From Herbidospora yilanensis (lineage in GTDB: Bacteria > Actinomycetota > Actinomycetes > Streptosporangiales > Streptosporangiaceae): a stretch of DNA of 64,000 bases. The notes below the pieces were generated by a model. It ran no database searches. It was not told the origin of the DNA and saw only the letters and a list, made by a program, of their open reading frames with translations. Every line of letters begins with the position of its first letter. Positions within the stretch are counted from its first letter, which is position 1. This document shows, one piece after another, positions 9,750 through 20,015 of the stretch. A program made the position numbers and the translations under genes. The stretch spans positions 264,984 through 328,983 of the forward strand of contig NZ_BBXE01000013.1 of assembly GCF_001570565.1 (NCBI RefSeq). Direction: 5' to 3'.

Positions 9750-10627
9750 CGGCGAGCCACCGAGATTTACGAGAGGGCCTGCCCCGGACCACCCTCATGT
9801 GGCCGCGAAGGCCAGGGCACGTGTCCGCGAGAGAACAGGTCGGGCCGCGCCAGATTCAGCGGCCACGCGAGTCCGCCGGCCGCAACTCCAGGGCCAGGCG
9901 AACGATAAATCGGTCATTCAGTCAAAAACCGCCAGAAAAGGCTCTCGTAGGAGCTCGTCCAGCGATAACGCAGTCCCACCAGCCAAAACCCGGCAGGAAC
10001 AGATCCGGCCGGACGACCAGCCGGCGGGTGGAACCCAACCGGCAGGCCGTCGGCCGCACTCACATAGGTCAACCCGAGATCGCCGTACCCAAGAAACAGG
10101 GACGGCGATCTCGTGGTTTTCCGGACAATCAGGCTGAGGGATCCAGACCGGGGTGGCATTCCCTGGTGACCCCGTCGACTCGGCGCGACGACGGGAGGGA
10201 CCGAACCGAATCCACCAGGAGACGGAATAGCGGGGGGAGGGGGAGGGAGCCCGGTTCTGGAGGAACCGTCACCCGGGATACATCGGGACGTTCTGTAGGA
10301 GAAACCACAGATGTCCTACATGTTTCGGGACGATAGATGGGACTTATGATTTTTGTCAACAGAAGTCTGCCGACCGACGAGATTAATTCCCCCGTCCAGG
10401 CCCATGTGACGTTGCACAAACCTGTATCTGCCAGCGAGAACACGCTCTCACGAGGCACGGGAACGGTCCGGCCTGGGATCACAATCAGCGTTGAGGCCCG
10501 TTGACCCTCCTCATATCCCGTAGTAACAATGTCATCGATCAGCTCAAGGGCGGTGGCAGCCCGCGGGTCGACACAGAGTCACAGAGACGTGATCGGCGCA
10601 CGCGTCCCTCACCGAAGAGGAGTAAGC

Positions 10628-11791
10628 GTGAGCGACACGCATGCCCAAGACGACTCCCTCCGCCGCAAGCTGCGCCTGAACCGGCGCCAGTTCATGGCGG
10701 CCACCACTGGCGTGGCCGCGGCCACGGCGCTGCCGCTCGCTCTGCCCGGAGCCGCCATGGCCGATGACACCGTCCCCACGGCAGATCCCGCGCTGCCCGA
10801 CGACCGCAGCGCCCTGGTTCCCGCCTCGCAGCGAGGCATCATCCTCTACACCGTCCGTGACGCCACGGGCCGTGACCCCCTCGTCAACGACGCCCCCTCG
10901 GGCTTCCGCGAGGTGCTCCAGACCCTGTCGACGTTCGGTTACAAGCAGATCGAGTTCGCGGGCTACACCCAGCACGCGAACGCCGAAGGCGGCCGTTCCC
11001 TCGAGTCCGTCGCCGGCGCCCAGCTGCTGCGCTCCTGGCTCGACGAGTACGGCCTGCGGGCCCAGGGCAACCACGGCTTCATCCCCTCGTCGTGGCCGCT
11101 CAGCCAGGCCGACATCGACCGGTTCAAGCTGCACCTCGAAATCGCCAACACCCTCGGTATGCAGCACGTCGGCACCGGGTCCGACCCGACCGGCAGCAAC
11201 TACAAGGCCGACTGGGACGTCGCCATCGCCAAGTGGCACGCCCTGGGCGAGCTGGCGACCGCCGCCGGTCTGAAGCTGTACACGCACAACCACGACGCCG
11301 CGTACAACTTCCTGCTCGACAGCGGGCCGCTGGACGCGCTCGGCCGGCCGACCCGTTCGTCCGGCATCCGCAAGCTGGAGTACTTCCTCAGCCAGACGGA
11401 CAAGCACCTGGTCTTCCTGGAGATGGACCTGTACTGGGCGCACGTCGCGCAGTACAAGTACAGCAACTACACGGCGGCCGACGGCTCGGTCCAGCAGAAC
11501 ATCTTCAAGCCGTTCGAGCTGATCCGCGCCAACCAGAAGCGCTACCCGCTGTTCCACATCAAGGACGGCAAGAGCAACCCGGCCGTGCCGAACGGCTACG
11601 AGTTCGCCACGCTGGGCCAGGGCAACATCGACTACCGCGAGTTCTTCGAGATGGTGAAGATCCGCGACAAGCACCACCCGATGATCGAGCAGGACAACGC
11701 GCCGGGCGCCGACCCGATGCAGTCGCTGAACCTCGCCCAGCTCGCCTGGCTCAACTGGGCCGCCATGCGTGAAGACCGGTACTACGAGTAA
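10628..11791 (+). CDS. Tat-exported sugar phosphate isomerase/epimerase-like TIM-barrel protein
   Basis: ...RRQFMAATTGVAAATALPLALPGAAMA Tat-type signal; xylose-isomerase-like barrel motifs (GYKQIEFAGY, KLYTHNHD, PLFHIKDG, DYREFFEM). Confidence 0.82.
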   Translation: MSDTHAQDDSLRRKLRLNRRQFMAATTGVAAATALPLALPGAAMADDTVPTADPALPDDRSALVPASQRGIILYTVRDATGRDPLVNDAPSGFREVLQTLSTFGYKQIEFAGYTQHANAEGGRSLESVAGAQLLRSWLDEYGLRAQGNHGFIPSSWPLSQADIDRFKLHLEIANTLGMQHVGTGSDPTGSNYKADWDVAIAKWHALGELATAAGLKLYTHNHDAAYNFLLDSGPLDALGRPTRSSGIRKLEYFLSQTDKHLVFLEMDLYWAHVAQYKYSNYTAADGSVQQNIFKPFELIRANQKRYPLFHIKDGKSNPAVPNGYEFATLGQGNIDYREFFEMVKIRDKHHPMIEQDNAPGADPMQSLNLAQLAWLNWAAMREDRYYE

Positions 11792-11964
11792 CCGCTGAGC
11801 GAGACGCGGACGGCCGAAGGCCGGCTGTGGCTCGCGCTCTGAATCTGCCTCGAAACACCGCCACAGGCCAGTTTCTCACCGGACCGCCGCGCGGATCCGC
11901 CGTTGCCCCGGCGGGCACGGCGGTCCGGTCACCGATACTCCTCGTCCAAGGAGAAGTACCTTCC

Positions 11965-14900
11965 ATGCAGCGTACCCGAAGGGCGCTGGGGGTCCTCGTG
12001 ACCACCCTGGCGCTTCCGTTAGGCATGCTCGGCGTCCCGGCGCAGGCCGCCGACGACCCGGCCGTCACCTGGTCGAACTACGAGAAGATCACCCTCACCA
12101 AGAACGTCGGCGAGCCCGTCGACATGGCCGTGCTCCCCGACCTCCGCGTGCTGCACACCGCGCGTAACGGCGACATCCGGCTGACCGACCCGTCGACCGG
12201 CGTCACCAAGATCATCAACACGATCCCGGTGTACAACAACTCCGAGGACGGTCTCCAGACCGTCGAGATCGACCCCGACTTCGCGACCAACAAGTGGGTG
12301 TACCTCTACTACGCCCCCCGCACGATGACCCCGCCCTACGTCGAGACCACCCCGACCGGCTCGGCGCCCAACACGCTGCCGGCGGGGCAGACCGACGCCT
12401 ACTGGGACCAGTGGAAGGGCTACAACCAGCTCTCCCGGTTCAAGTGGGACGGCGAGAAGCTCGACCTGACGACCGAGCAGGTCATCATCAAGGTCGAGAC
12501 CCAGCGCGGCCAGTGCTGCCACGTCGCCGGCGACGTCGACTGGGACGCCGACGGCAACCTCTACCTCGGCACGGGCGACAACACCCCCGCCTCCGCCCCC
12601 GGCGCCAACGGCTACGCGCCGAACAACGACGCCCCCGGCGTGAACCCGGGCATGGACACCCGTCGCGGCGCCGGCAACAGCAACGACCTGCGGGGCAAGA
12701 TCCTGCGCATCAAGGTCGCGGCCGACGGTTCGTACACGATCCCGCCGGGGAACCTGTTCCCGCCCGGCACGGAGAAGACCCGTCCGGAGATCTTCGTGAC
12801 CGGCGTGCGGAACCCGTTCCGCCTCGACGTCGACCCGTCGACCGGCACCCTCTCGTGGGCCGACTACGGCCCCGACGCCGGCGCGCCCAACCCCGACCGC
12901 GGCCCGATGGGCTACGTCGAGTGGAACACCACGCCGACGAACAAGCCGATCAACGCGGGCTGGCCGTACTGCACCGGCAACAACTTCAACTACAACAACT
13001 GGAACTTCGCGACCAACACCCCGCGTGAGTTCTTCGACTGCGCCGCCGGCCCGATCAGCGGCTCGCGGCACAACACGGGTCTGGCCCAGTTGCCGCCGGC
13101 CGTCCCGGCCGACCTCTACTACGGCGACAACAACACCCACCAGCCCGCCGAGTGGGCCGGTCTGACGGACTTCGAGCCCGCCGGTGGCCAGGGCCCCATG
13201 GGCGGCCCGATCTACCACTACGACGCCTCGAACCCGTCGACCTACAAGTTCCCCGAGTACTGGGACGGCAAGGCGTTCTTCGCCGAGTTCTCGCAGGACT
13301 ACCTGGCGGCCTTCACCGTCGCCGGCCCCGACGGCCCCGTGACGAAGATCGAGCACTTCTTCCCGAACCGGGCGCTCAACCAGGCGGCCATGCCGATCAC
13401 CGACAGCCCGATCGACATCGAGTTCGGCCCCGACGGCGCGCTCTACGTCCTCGACTACGGCGACGGCTTCTTCCGCGCGAACCCCGACGCCGGTCTCTAC
13501 CGGATCGACTACTCGCCGGACAACAAGACCCCGCAGGCCAAGATCAAGGTCGACAAGGCGTCGGCCAGCCAGCCGCCGCTGACCGTGAACTTCGACGGCA
13601 CGGGCTCCCGTGACCCCGAGGGCGACGCCCTCGCCTACGAGTGGGACGTCGACGGCGACGGCACCTTCGACAAGACCGGCGCCCAGGTCAGCCACACCTA
13701 CACCCAGACGGGTCTGTACTTCGCCCGGCTGAAGGTCACCGACGCCGGCGGCCGCTCGGCGCTGACGTCGATCGAGATCTCGGTCGGCAACACCGCCCCC
13801 GAGGTGTCGGTCAACAACCCGCCGAACGGTGGCTTCTTCGACTGGGGCCAGGCCATCCCGTTCAACCTGTCGGCCACCGACGCCGAGGACGGCCCGAACG
13901 CGGTCTGCTCCCGGATGCAGTGGAACTTCGGTCTCGGCCACGACTTCCACGCCCACCCGGAGACCCTGGGCACGGGCTGCACCGGCGCCTGGCCTACCCC
14001 GGCCAACGCCCCCGAGCACGGTGAGACCGAGAACATCTACGGCGTCATCGTGATCTCCTACCGGGACAACGGCGCCAACGGCCTCCCGCCCGCGCTGGGC
14101 GAGGCCAGCGTCATCCTCAACCCCAAGCTCCAGCAGGCCGAGCACGCCGACATCATCAACGGCGCGGTCGACACCGACGACCCGAACGCCTCGGGCCTCG
14201 GCAAGATCACCTCGCTTGACCCGGGCGACTCCATCGCGTGGGACCCGATCAACTTCGCCGGCATCGACAGCGTGAAGGTCCGCGCCTCCGGCGCCGGCAC
14301 CCTGGCGCTGCGCTGGAACTCGGCCACGGCCACGCCGTTCGCCAGCGTCACCATCCCGGCCGGAGCCGGCTGGCAGGAGGTCACCCAGTCGCTGGCCAAC
14401 GCCCCGACGGGCACCGGCCAGCTCTACGTCACCTCCACCGGCGGCGTCGAGGTGGACTCGTTCACCTACGTCGGCGGCGGCGTCGCCGACACCACCGCCC
14501 CGACCGTGACCGCGACGCCGAACCCGGCGCCGAACGCCAACGGGTGGAACGACGGCAACGTCAGCGTCACCGTCGCGGCGACCGACAACGGCACCGTCTC
14601 CAGCCGCCAGTACTCCACCAACGGCGGCCAGACCTGGGCCAACGCCAACAACCCGGTCAACATCACCGCCGAGGGCGTGACCACGTTCCTCTACCGGGCC
14701 ACCGACTCGGGCGGCAACGTCTCCCCGGTCGGCACGCTCACGGTGCGGATCGACAAGACCAACCCGACGGCCGCGGTCACCGGGGTCACCGCCACCGAGT
14801 ACGGCACCGGCGACGTCGTCACCCCCGTGGTGACCGGCACCGACGCCCACTCGGGGGTCGACACCACGACCGCCACGATCGACGGCGCCCCGATCACCCC

Positions 14901-15264
14901 GGGCCAGCCGTTCGAGTTGTGGAAGTTGTCGCTCGGCGAGCACACGCTCGTCGGCACGGTGAAGGACAAGGCCGGCCGCACCGCGACCGCCCAGGTCACG
15001 TTCACGGTGACGACGTCGTACGAGGACCTGGAGACGCTGATCCCCAGGCTCCGCGACGCCGGCAAGATCACCGCCAACGGCGCCACGGCGCTGCTGAACC
15101 ACCTGCGCGACGCGCAGCACAGCCTCAGCCTGAACAAGCCGAACGCGGCCAGGTCGGAGCTGAACGGCTTCATCCGCACGCTGTCCCAGCGTGACTACGT
15201 CAAGGACGCGGAAGTCCGCGCGGCGCTCGAAAGGGACGCCAACCAGCTTCTCTCCGAGATCTAG
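11965..15264 (+). CDS. Secreted PQQ-dependent-dehydrogenase-like (glucose/sorbosone dehydrogenase) protein with PKD and carbohydrate-binding-like domains
   Basis: Signal peptide MQRTRRALGVLVTTLALPLGMLGVPAQA; VGEPVDMAVLPDLRVLHTARNGDI, VYLYYAP, GRGNLR-like GNSNDLRGKILRI; PKD motif GDALAYEWDVDGDGTFD; C-terminal FIVAR-like helix. Confidence 0.85.
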   Translation: MQRTRRALGVLVTTLALPLGMLGVPAQAADDPAVTWSNYEKITLTKNVGEPVDMAVLPDLRVLHTARNGDIRLTDPSTGVTKIINTIPVYNNSEDGLQTVEIDPDFATNKWVYLYYAPRTMTPPYVETTPTGSAPNTLPAGQTDAYWDQWKGYNQLSRFKWDGEKLDLTTEQVIIKVETQRGQCCHVAGDVDWDADGNLYLGTGDNTPASAPGANGYAPNNDAPGVNPGMDTRRGAGNSNDLRGKILRIKVAADGSYTIPPGNLFPPGTEKTRPEIFVTGVRNPFRLDVDPSTGTLSWADYGPDAGAPNPDRGPMGYVEWNTTPTNKPINAGWPYCTGNNFNYNNWNFATNTPREFFDCAAGPISGSRHNTGLAQLPPAVPADLYYGDNNTHQPAEWAGLTDFEPAGGQGPMGGPIYHYDASNPSTYKFPEYWDGKAFFAEFSQDYLAAFTVAGPDGPVTKIEHFFPNRALNQAAMPITDSPIDIEFGPDGALYVLDYGDGFFRANPDAGLYRIDYSPDNKTPQAKIKVDKASASQPPLTVNFDGTGSRDPEGDALAYEWDVDGDGTFDKTGAQVSHTYTQTGLYFARLKVTDAGGRSALTSIEISVGNTAPEVSVNNPPNGGFFDWGQAIPFNLSATDAEDGPNAVCSRMQWNFGLGHDFHAHPETLGTGCTGAWPTPANAPEHGETENIYGVIVISYRDNGANGLPPALGEASVILNPKLQQAEHADIINGAVDTDDPNASGLGKITSLDPGDSIAWDPINFAGIDSVKVRASGAGTLALRWNSATATPFASVTIPAGAGWQEVTQSLANAPTGTGQLYVTSTGGVEVDSFTYVGGGVADTTAPTVTATPNPAPNANGWNDGNVSVTVAATDNGTVSSRQYSTNGGQTWANANNPVNITAEGVTTFLYRATDSGGNVSPVGTLTVRIDKTNPTAAVTGVTATEYGTGDVVTPVVTGTDAHSGVDTTTATIDGAPITPGQPFELWKLSLGEHTLVGTVKDKAGRTATAQVTFTVTTSYEDLETLIPRLRDAGKITANGATALLNHLRDAQHSLSLNKPNAARSELNGFIRTLSQRDYVKDAEVRAALERDANQLLSEI

Positions 15265-15282
15265 CCGGTAACTCGCAGGAAG

Positions 15283-15317
15283 AAGGTGGGGAGGCCCCCG
15301 TGGCCCCCCACCTTTTT
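15283..15317 (+). terminator. Intrinsic terminator-like hairpin followed by T-run
   Basis: AAGGTGGGG ... CCCCACCTT then TTT, 19 nt after stop at 15264. Confidence 0.65.
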
Positions 15318-15377
15318 CCATTCCGGCAGGCGGCGGAAAGGCGGACAAGCGCCTTTCCACCACCTGTGCGGCACTAT

Positions 15378-15590
15378 TTACAGGTCGAATTCGCCGCCCT
15401 TCACCCCGTGGACGAACGCGTCCCATTCGCCCGGGGTGAACGCGAGGATGGGCCCGGTCGGATTCTTGGAGTCGCGCAGCGCGATGGCGTGGCCCATCAG
15501 GGCCACCTCCACGCACTGGTCCCCCTGACTGTTGGACTTCTCGGCCTTGCGCCATGTCGCGGCCGAGACGTCGAGGTCGGTGAACTTCAC
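15378..15590 (-). CDS. DUF397 domain protein
   Basis: VKFTDLDVSAATWRKAEKSNSQGDQCVEVALMGHAIALRDSKNPTGPILAFTPGEWDAFVHGVKGGEFDL; GTG start, paired with XRE/DUF5753 gene. Confidence 0.88.
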   Translation of the reverse strand: MKFTDLDVSAATWRKAEKSNSQGDQCVEVALMGHAIALRDSKNPTGPILAFTPGEWDAFVHGVKGGEFDL

Positions 15591-16432
15591 GAGGTCATCT
15601 CCTTCTCTGCGGATTCGAGTACTTCCAACGACCGTTCCGGGCTGAGTGCCGCGGCCCGTAAGTGGTCGAAGATGTGGGCGCAGCGCCTGAGCTGGTCGGG
15701 AGCCTCCAGGTAGAGTTCGCCGCCCGGGTTCTCGAGCAGCACGACCTCCCCGTCGGCGGGCCCGGCGAAGCTGAGGATGCTGAACGGACTGCCCATGCCG
15801 AGATAGGCGCCACCACGCAGAGAGAGCACCTGGATCGTGATGTTGGGGCGGTTGGCCAGTTCGTGCAGGTGGCGGAGTTGCTGGGCCATCACCTGCGGGC
15901 CGCCGACGCGGCGCCAGACGACTCCCTCGTCGAGCACCACCCACATCGCGAAGTCTGGCTGGTCGAGTTTGCGCTGCCGCTGAAGCCGCAGGGCGACCCG
16001 GCGGCCGGTGGCCTTCGGGGTCTCCTCCAGAGCGGCGCTGATGACGGCCCGCGCGTAGTCGGCGGTCTGGAGGAGTCCGGGGATGACCACCGATTCGTAG
16101 TTGCGCACCGACACGGCCTCCCATTCGAGCCCCACATAGGGCCCGGGGAGGACGTCACCGTAGGCGTGCCACCAGCCTCGGTCCCCCGCGTCACGGGCGA
16201 GGGCGACCAGGGCGGCCCGGTGGGCGGGGTCGGCATCGTACAGTTCGAGCAGGTCACGAAGGGTTCTGGCGCGGGGGCGGGTGAGCCCGGTCTCGATGCG
16301 GTAGACGGTGGAGAACGCGACACCGAGGTGGCTCGCGACCTCTTCGCGGCTGTAGCCGGATTCGGTGCGCAGGCGGGTCAGCTCACCGGCGAGGCGGCGT
16401 AACCGGATCGTCGGCAGTCGCCCAGTTCCCAT
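15587..16432 (-). CDS. XRE family helix-turn-helix regulator (DUF5753/Scr1-like)
   Basis: LRRLAGELTRLRTESGYSREEVASHLGVAFSTVYRIETG..., C-terminus with YVGLEWEAVSVRNYESVVIPGLLQTADYARAV. Confidence 0.9.
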   Translation of the reverse strand: MGTGRLPTIRLRRLAGELTRLRTESGYSREEVASHLGVAFSTVYRIETGLTRPRARTLRDLLELYDADPAHRAALVALARDAGDRGWWHAYGDVLPGPYVGLEWEAVSVRNYESVVIPGLLQTADYARAVISAALEETPKATGRRVALRLQRQRKLDQPDFAMWVVLDEGVVWRRVGGPQVMAQQLRHLHELANRPNITIQVLSLRGGAYLGMGSPFSILSFAGPADGEVVLLENPGGELYLEAPDQLRRCAHIFDHLRAAALSPERSLEVLESAEKEMTS

Positions 16433-16585
16433 TTTACGAATTACCCCCAGCCGATTTCCTGGTAATGCCGGTGTCACGAAGTCTGCCACGCCGCGTTAGG
16501 GACTCCAGGTAATGCGGATTAGTGATGGTGGACATTTCTGCACCGCCGGAGAATCCCACGTCCTTCTTGGGGTAGCTGGCCTTGC

Positions 16586-18019
16586 ATGAAGCAGATCACG
16601 ACTGACATTCCCGCGCGGTTAGACCGACTGCCATGGTCGCGTTTCCACTGGCTCGTGCTGCTCGGGCTGGGCACCGTGTGGGTGCTCGACGGTCTCGAGG
16701 TCACCATCGTCGGAGTGATCGGGCCCCGGCTGACGAGCGACACCGGCGGGCTGAACCTGACCGACTCAGAAGTGGGCCTCGCGGCGGGCGTCTACGTGCT
16801 CGGCGCGTGCCTCGGCGCGCTCTTCTTCGGCCACCTGACCGACCGGTTCGGGCGGAAGAAGTTGTTCCTGGCGACGCTGGCCCTCTACCTGGCCGCCACG
16901 GTGGCGACGGCGTTCTCGTTCGAGCCCTGGTACTTCTTCCTGTGCCGGTTCTTCACCGGCGCCGGAATCGGGGGTGAGTACGCCGCCATCAACTCGGCCA
17001 TCGACGAGCTGATCCCGGCCCGGCTCCGGGGCCGGATCGACCTGATCATCAACGGTTCCTACTGGCTGGGCACGGTCTTCGGCGCGCTGGTGGCCATCCC
17101 GCTGCTCAACCCGGAGCTGCTGCCCGAGGACGTCGGGTGGCGTGTGCTGTTCGGGCTGGGCGCGATCCTGGGCATCGGCATCCTGCTGATCCGCAGGCTG
17201 GTGCCGGAGAGCCCGCGCTGGTTGTTCATCCACGGCAAGGACGAGGAGGCCGAGAGGATCGTCGCCGGCATCGAGCGGTCGGTGCACCGGGAGCTGCCGA
17301 AGGCCGACCGGCGGATCACGGTCAACCAGCGGGACCACACCCCGCTGTCGGAGGTCGCGATGACGCTGGTGCGGCGTTATCCGCGGCGTACCGTCGTCGG
17401 GTTGTCGCTGTTCGTCGGCCAGGCGTTCCTCTACAACTCGATCTTCTTCACCTACGCCCTGGTGCTGGCCACCTTCTTCGGGGTGCCCGACGGCTCGACC
17501 CCCTGGTATCTGATCCCGATCGCGATCGGGAACTTCCTGGGGCCGCTGCTGCTGGGCCACTTCTTCGACTCCATCGGCCGTCGGCCGTTGATCGCGGGCA
17601 CCTACGTGTTGTCGGGCCTGTTGCTCGTCGGCACGGCCCTGCTGTTCGACGCCGGGGTCCTCGACGCGACGACGCTGACCGTCTGCTGGATGGTGGTCTT
17701 CTTCTTCGCCTCGGCGGGGGCCTCGTCGGCCTACCTGACGGTGTCGGAGATCTTCCCGATGGAGACGAGGGCGCTGGCGATCGCGCTGTTCTACGCGGTC
17801 GGCACCGGCCTCGGCGGCATCATCGGGCCGGTGCTGTTCGGCCGGCTGGTGGAGAGCCAGCAGGTCGGGCAGGTGACGGTGGGCTACCTGATCGGGGCGG
17901 GGCTGATGGTCGCCGCCGGTCTGGTGCAGTGGTTCCTGGGCGTCGAGGCGGCCCGGCGGTCCCTGGAGGACATCGCCGAGCCGCTCAGCGCTCAGACCGT
18001 CGACCGCGCCCAGGCGTAG
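16586..18019 (+). CDS. MFS transporter (sugar-porter-like)
   Basis: GHLTDRFGRKKLFL and C-terminal-half GHFFDSIGRRPLIAGTY motifs, 12-TM-like. Confidence 0.9.
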   Translation: MKQITTDIPARLDRLPWSRFHWLVLLGLGTVWVLDGLEVTIVGVIGPRLTSDTGGLNLTDSEVGLAAGVYVLGACLGALFFGHLTDRFGRKKLFLATLALYLAATVATAFSFEPWYFFLCRFFTGAGIGGEYAAINSAIDELIPARLRGRIDLIINGSYWLGTVFGALVAIPLLNPELLPEDVGWRVLFGLGAILGIGILLIRRLVPESPRWLFIHGKDEEAERIVAGIERSVHRELPKADRRITVNQRDHTPLSEVAMTLVRRYPRRTVVGLSLFVGQAFLYNSIFFTYALVLATFFGVPDGSTPWYLIPIAIGNFLGPLLLGHFFDSIGRRPLIAGTYVLSGLLLVGTALLFDAGVLDATTLTVCWMVVFFFASAGASSAYLTVSEIFPMETRALAIALFYAVGTGLGGIIGPVLFGRLVESQQVGQVTVGYLIGAGLMVAAGLVQWFLGVEAARRSLEDIAEPLSAQTVDRAQA

Positions 18020-19548
18020 TCGGCCTTGCCGTTGGCGTGCCGTCTCACCTGGGCGGCTCTGATGAACTCCTTCGGCACCTTGAACCCGGCGAGCCGGGCG
18101 GCGCACGCGTTCTTGAGCGCGGCGTCGTCCGGTTCCCCGGGTTCCCGCGTCTGTACGACGGCCACGACCTCCTGCCCCCACCTCTCGCTGGGCCGCCCGA
18201 CCACCAGGGCGTCGACCACGCCCTCGACCTCGCGCAGGACGCCCTCCACCTCCTCCGCGAAGACCTTCTCCCCCGCCGTGTTGATGACGGTGGCCTCCCG
18301 GCCGCGCAGGTCGACGGTGCCGTCCGCCCGCCAGACCGCCCGGTCGCCGGGGATGGCGTATCTGACCCCGTCCACCGTGCGGAAGGTGCGGGCGGTCTTC
18401 TCGGGGTCGCCCAGGTAGCCGAGCGGGATCGGGCCCGAGCGGGCCAGCCAGCCCTCCTCCGGGTCGCCGGGGGACAGGACGCGGGTCTGGTCGGCGCTCA
18501 GCACGACCGTCCACGGGCCGGCCTCGAAGCTGCCGCCGTCCATGCGCACGGCCGAGTTGCCGGTCTCGGAGGAGCCGAGGGTGTCGACGGTCCGCACGCC
18601 CGGGATCAGCTCGGCCAGGCGGGCGCGCAGGGCCTCTCCCAGGAAGGCCCCGCTCGTGCCGATCATGCCGAGCCTCAGGTCGTACACCCGGCTCTGGAGC
18701 TCTTCCACCAGGGGTCGGGCGAAGGCGTCGCCGACGATGACCGTGCCGGTGACGCGCTCGCGTTCGAGGGTGGCCAGCAGGCTCGGGCCGTCGAAGCGGT
18801 CGACGCGGTCGGCGATGACGACGGTCGAGCCCAGGCACCAGCCGTTGAGGGTGAACCAGACGCCGGTGCCGTGCATGAGGGGCGCGGCGGGGAGGATGCG
18901 GCGGCGGCTGGCGGCGGCGTGCTCGACCAGGGCGGCCAGCGACGGGAACGGCGAGCCGTCTCTGCGGCGCACGCCCACCGGGCCGTCGAGCAGGTCGCCG
19001 ATCCGCCAGACGACGCCTTTGGGCATGCCGGTCGTGCCGCCGGTGTAGATGACGTGGTGGTCGTCGGGCGACGGGGTCGCCGGCACCGGTTCGGGCGACG
19101 CGGCGGCCAGCGCCTCCTCGTAGGGGAGGGCTCCGGGCGCCAGGGGGTGGCCCGAGTCGTCCGCGACCTGGAGCAGGAGGGCCGACGGCGGCGCCACCTT
19201 CGCGACGAGCGGCGCGAAGGCGGCGTGGAAGACGACGACGGCCGGTCCGGCGTCGGCGAACAGGTAGGCCAGTTCGTCGGCCGTGTAGCGGTAGTTGACG
19301 TTGAACGGGGTCACCCGGGCCTTGTGGGCGCCGAGCAGGGCCTCCAGGTATTCGGGGCCGTTGTGCAGGTAGACGGCCATCCGCGCGCCGGGGCCGAGCC
19401 CTCGCGCGTGCAGCAGGTTGCCGAGCCGCCGGGTGCGCTCGGTCGTCTCCCGCCACGAACAGCGCCGGTCGCGCCACACCAGGCACTCCCGGTCGGGAAC
19501 CGCCGCCGCGATCGCCTCATGCAGCGTGGCCAGGTCGAACTGGGTCAC
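17992..19548 (-). CDS. AMP-binding acyl-CoA synthetase
   Basis: VIYTGGTTGMPKGVVW, GSSETGNS, C-terminal KVPKEFIRAAQVRRHANGKADYAWAR. Confidence 0.92.
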   Translation of the reverse strand: MTQFDLATLHEAIAAAVPDRECLVWRDRRCSWRETTERTRRLGNLLHARGLGPGARMAVYLHNGPEYLEALLGAHKARVTPFNVNYRYTADELAYLFADAGPAVVVFHAAFAPLVAKVAPPSALLLQVADDSGHPLAPGALPYEEALAAASPEPVPATPSPDDHHVIYTGGTTGMPKGVVWRIGDLLDGPVGVRRRDGSPFPSLAALVEHAAASRRRILPAAPLMHGTGVWFTLNGWCLGSTVVIADRVDRFDGPSLLATLERERVTGTVIVGDAFARPLVEELQSRVYDLRLGMIGTSGAFLGEALRARLAELIPGVRTVDTLGSSETGNSAVRMDGGSFEAGPWTVVLSADQTRVLSPGDPEEGWLARSGPIPLGYLGDPEKTARTFRTVDGVRYAIPGDRAVWRADGTVDLRGREATVINTAGEKVFAEEVEGVLREVEGVVDALVVGRPSERWGQEVVAVVQTREPGEPDDAALKNACAARLAGFKVPKEFIRAAQVRRHANGKADYAWARSTV

Positions 19549-19692
19549 CGGACGCCCTCCAGAACAATAGTCCAGAACAATCGTCGGCGACCATTCTCAC
19601 ACAAACCGCATGTGTGATTACTTTCGCCCATATGGGTATGAATGTCACCGATGACACACATAGCGTCATCAGAGCCACTTTCGGGGGAAAAT

Positions 19693-19929
19693 ATGGCTGA
19701 AATGCCTCAGAAGCGCCAGCCCAAGGTCTCGGGCAAGGCCAAGCGCGCCACCATCAAGGACCAGCGTGCGGCCAAGCAGGAGAAGCGTGAGGGCGGCGAC
19801 GGCCGTCCCGAGCGTGAGGGCATGGGGGGCGGTTCGATGGGCAACCGCATGGGCAGCGGGGAGCGCCAGCAGCCGGGGCACTCCACGCAGCAGCAGCATC
19901 AGCAGCGCCAGGGTGGTCAGCACCACTGA
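19693..19929 (+). CDS. Small basic hypothetical protein with Gln/His-rich tail
   Basis: MAEMPQKRQPKVSGKAKRATIKDQRAAKQEKREG...; ORF only, weak support. Confidence 0.35.
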   Translation: MAEMPQKRQPKVSGKAKRATIKDQRAAKQEKREGGDGRPEREGMGGGSMGNRMGSGERQQPGHSTQQQHQQRQGGQHH

Positions 19930-20015
19930 CCCGCATAGTGGGGGTCTGAGGTGAAGGCTCGGGGAAGGGGGCGACCCGTTCCCCGAGCCTGTTCTGCTTT
20001 CTCAGGGAGGGACGG

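Noticed and set aside
10129-10482. 117-aa reverse ORF as a real gene
   Set aside because: No recognisable domain, weak actinobacterial codon pattern, no clear RBS; kept only as a possible explanation for the anomalous interval.
12019-15555. 1178-aa reverse ORF
   Set aside because: Antisense shadow of the PQQ-like/PKD gene.
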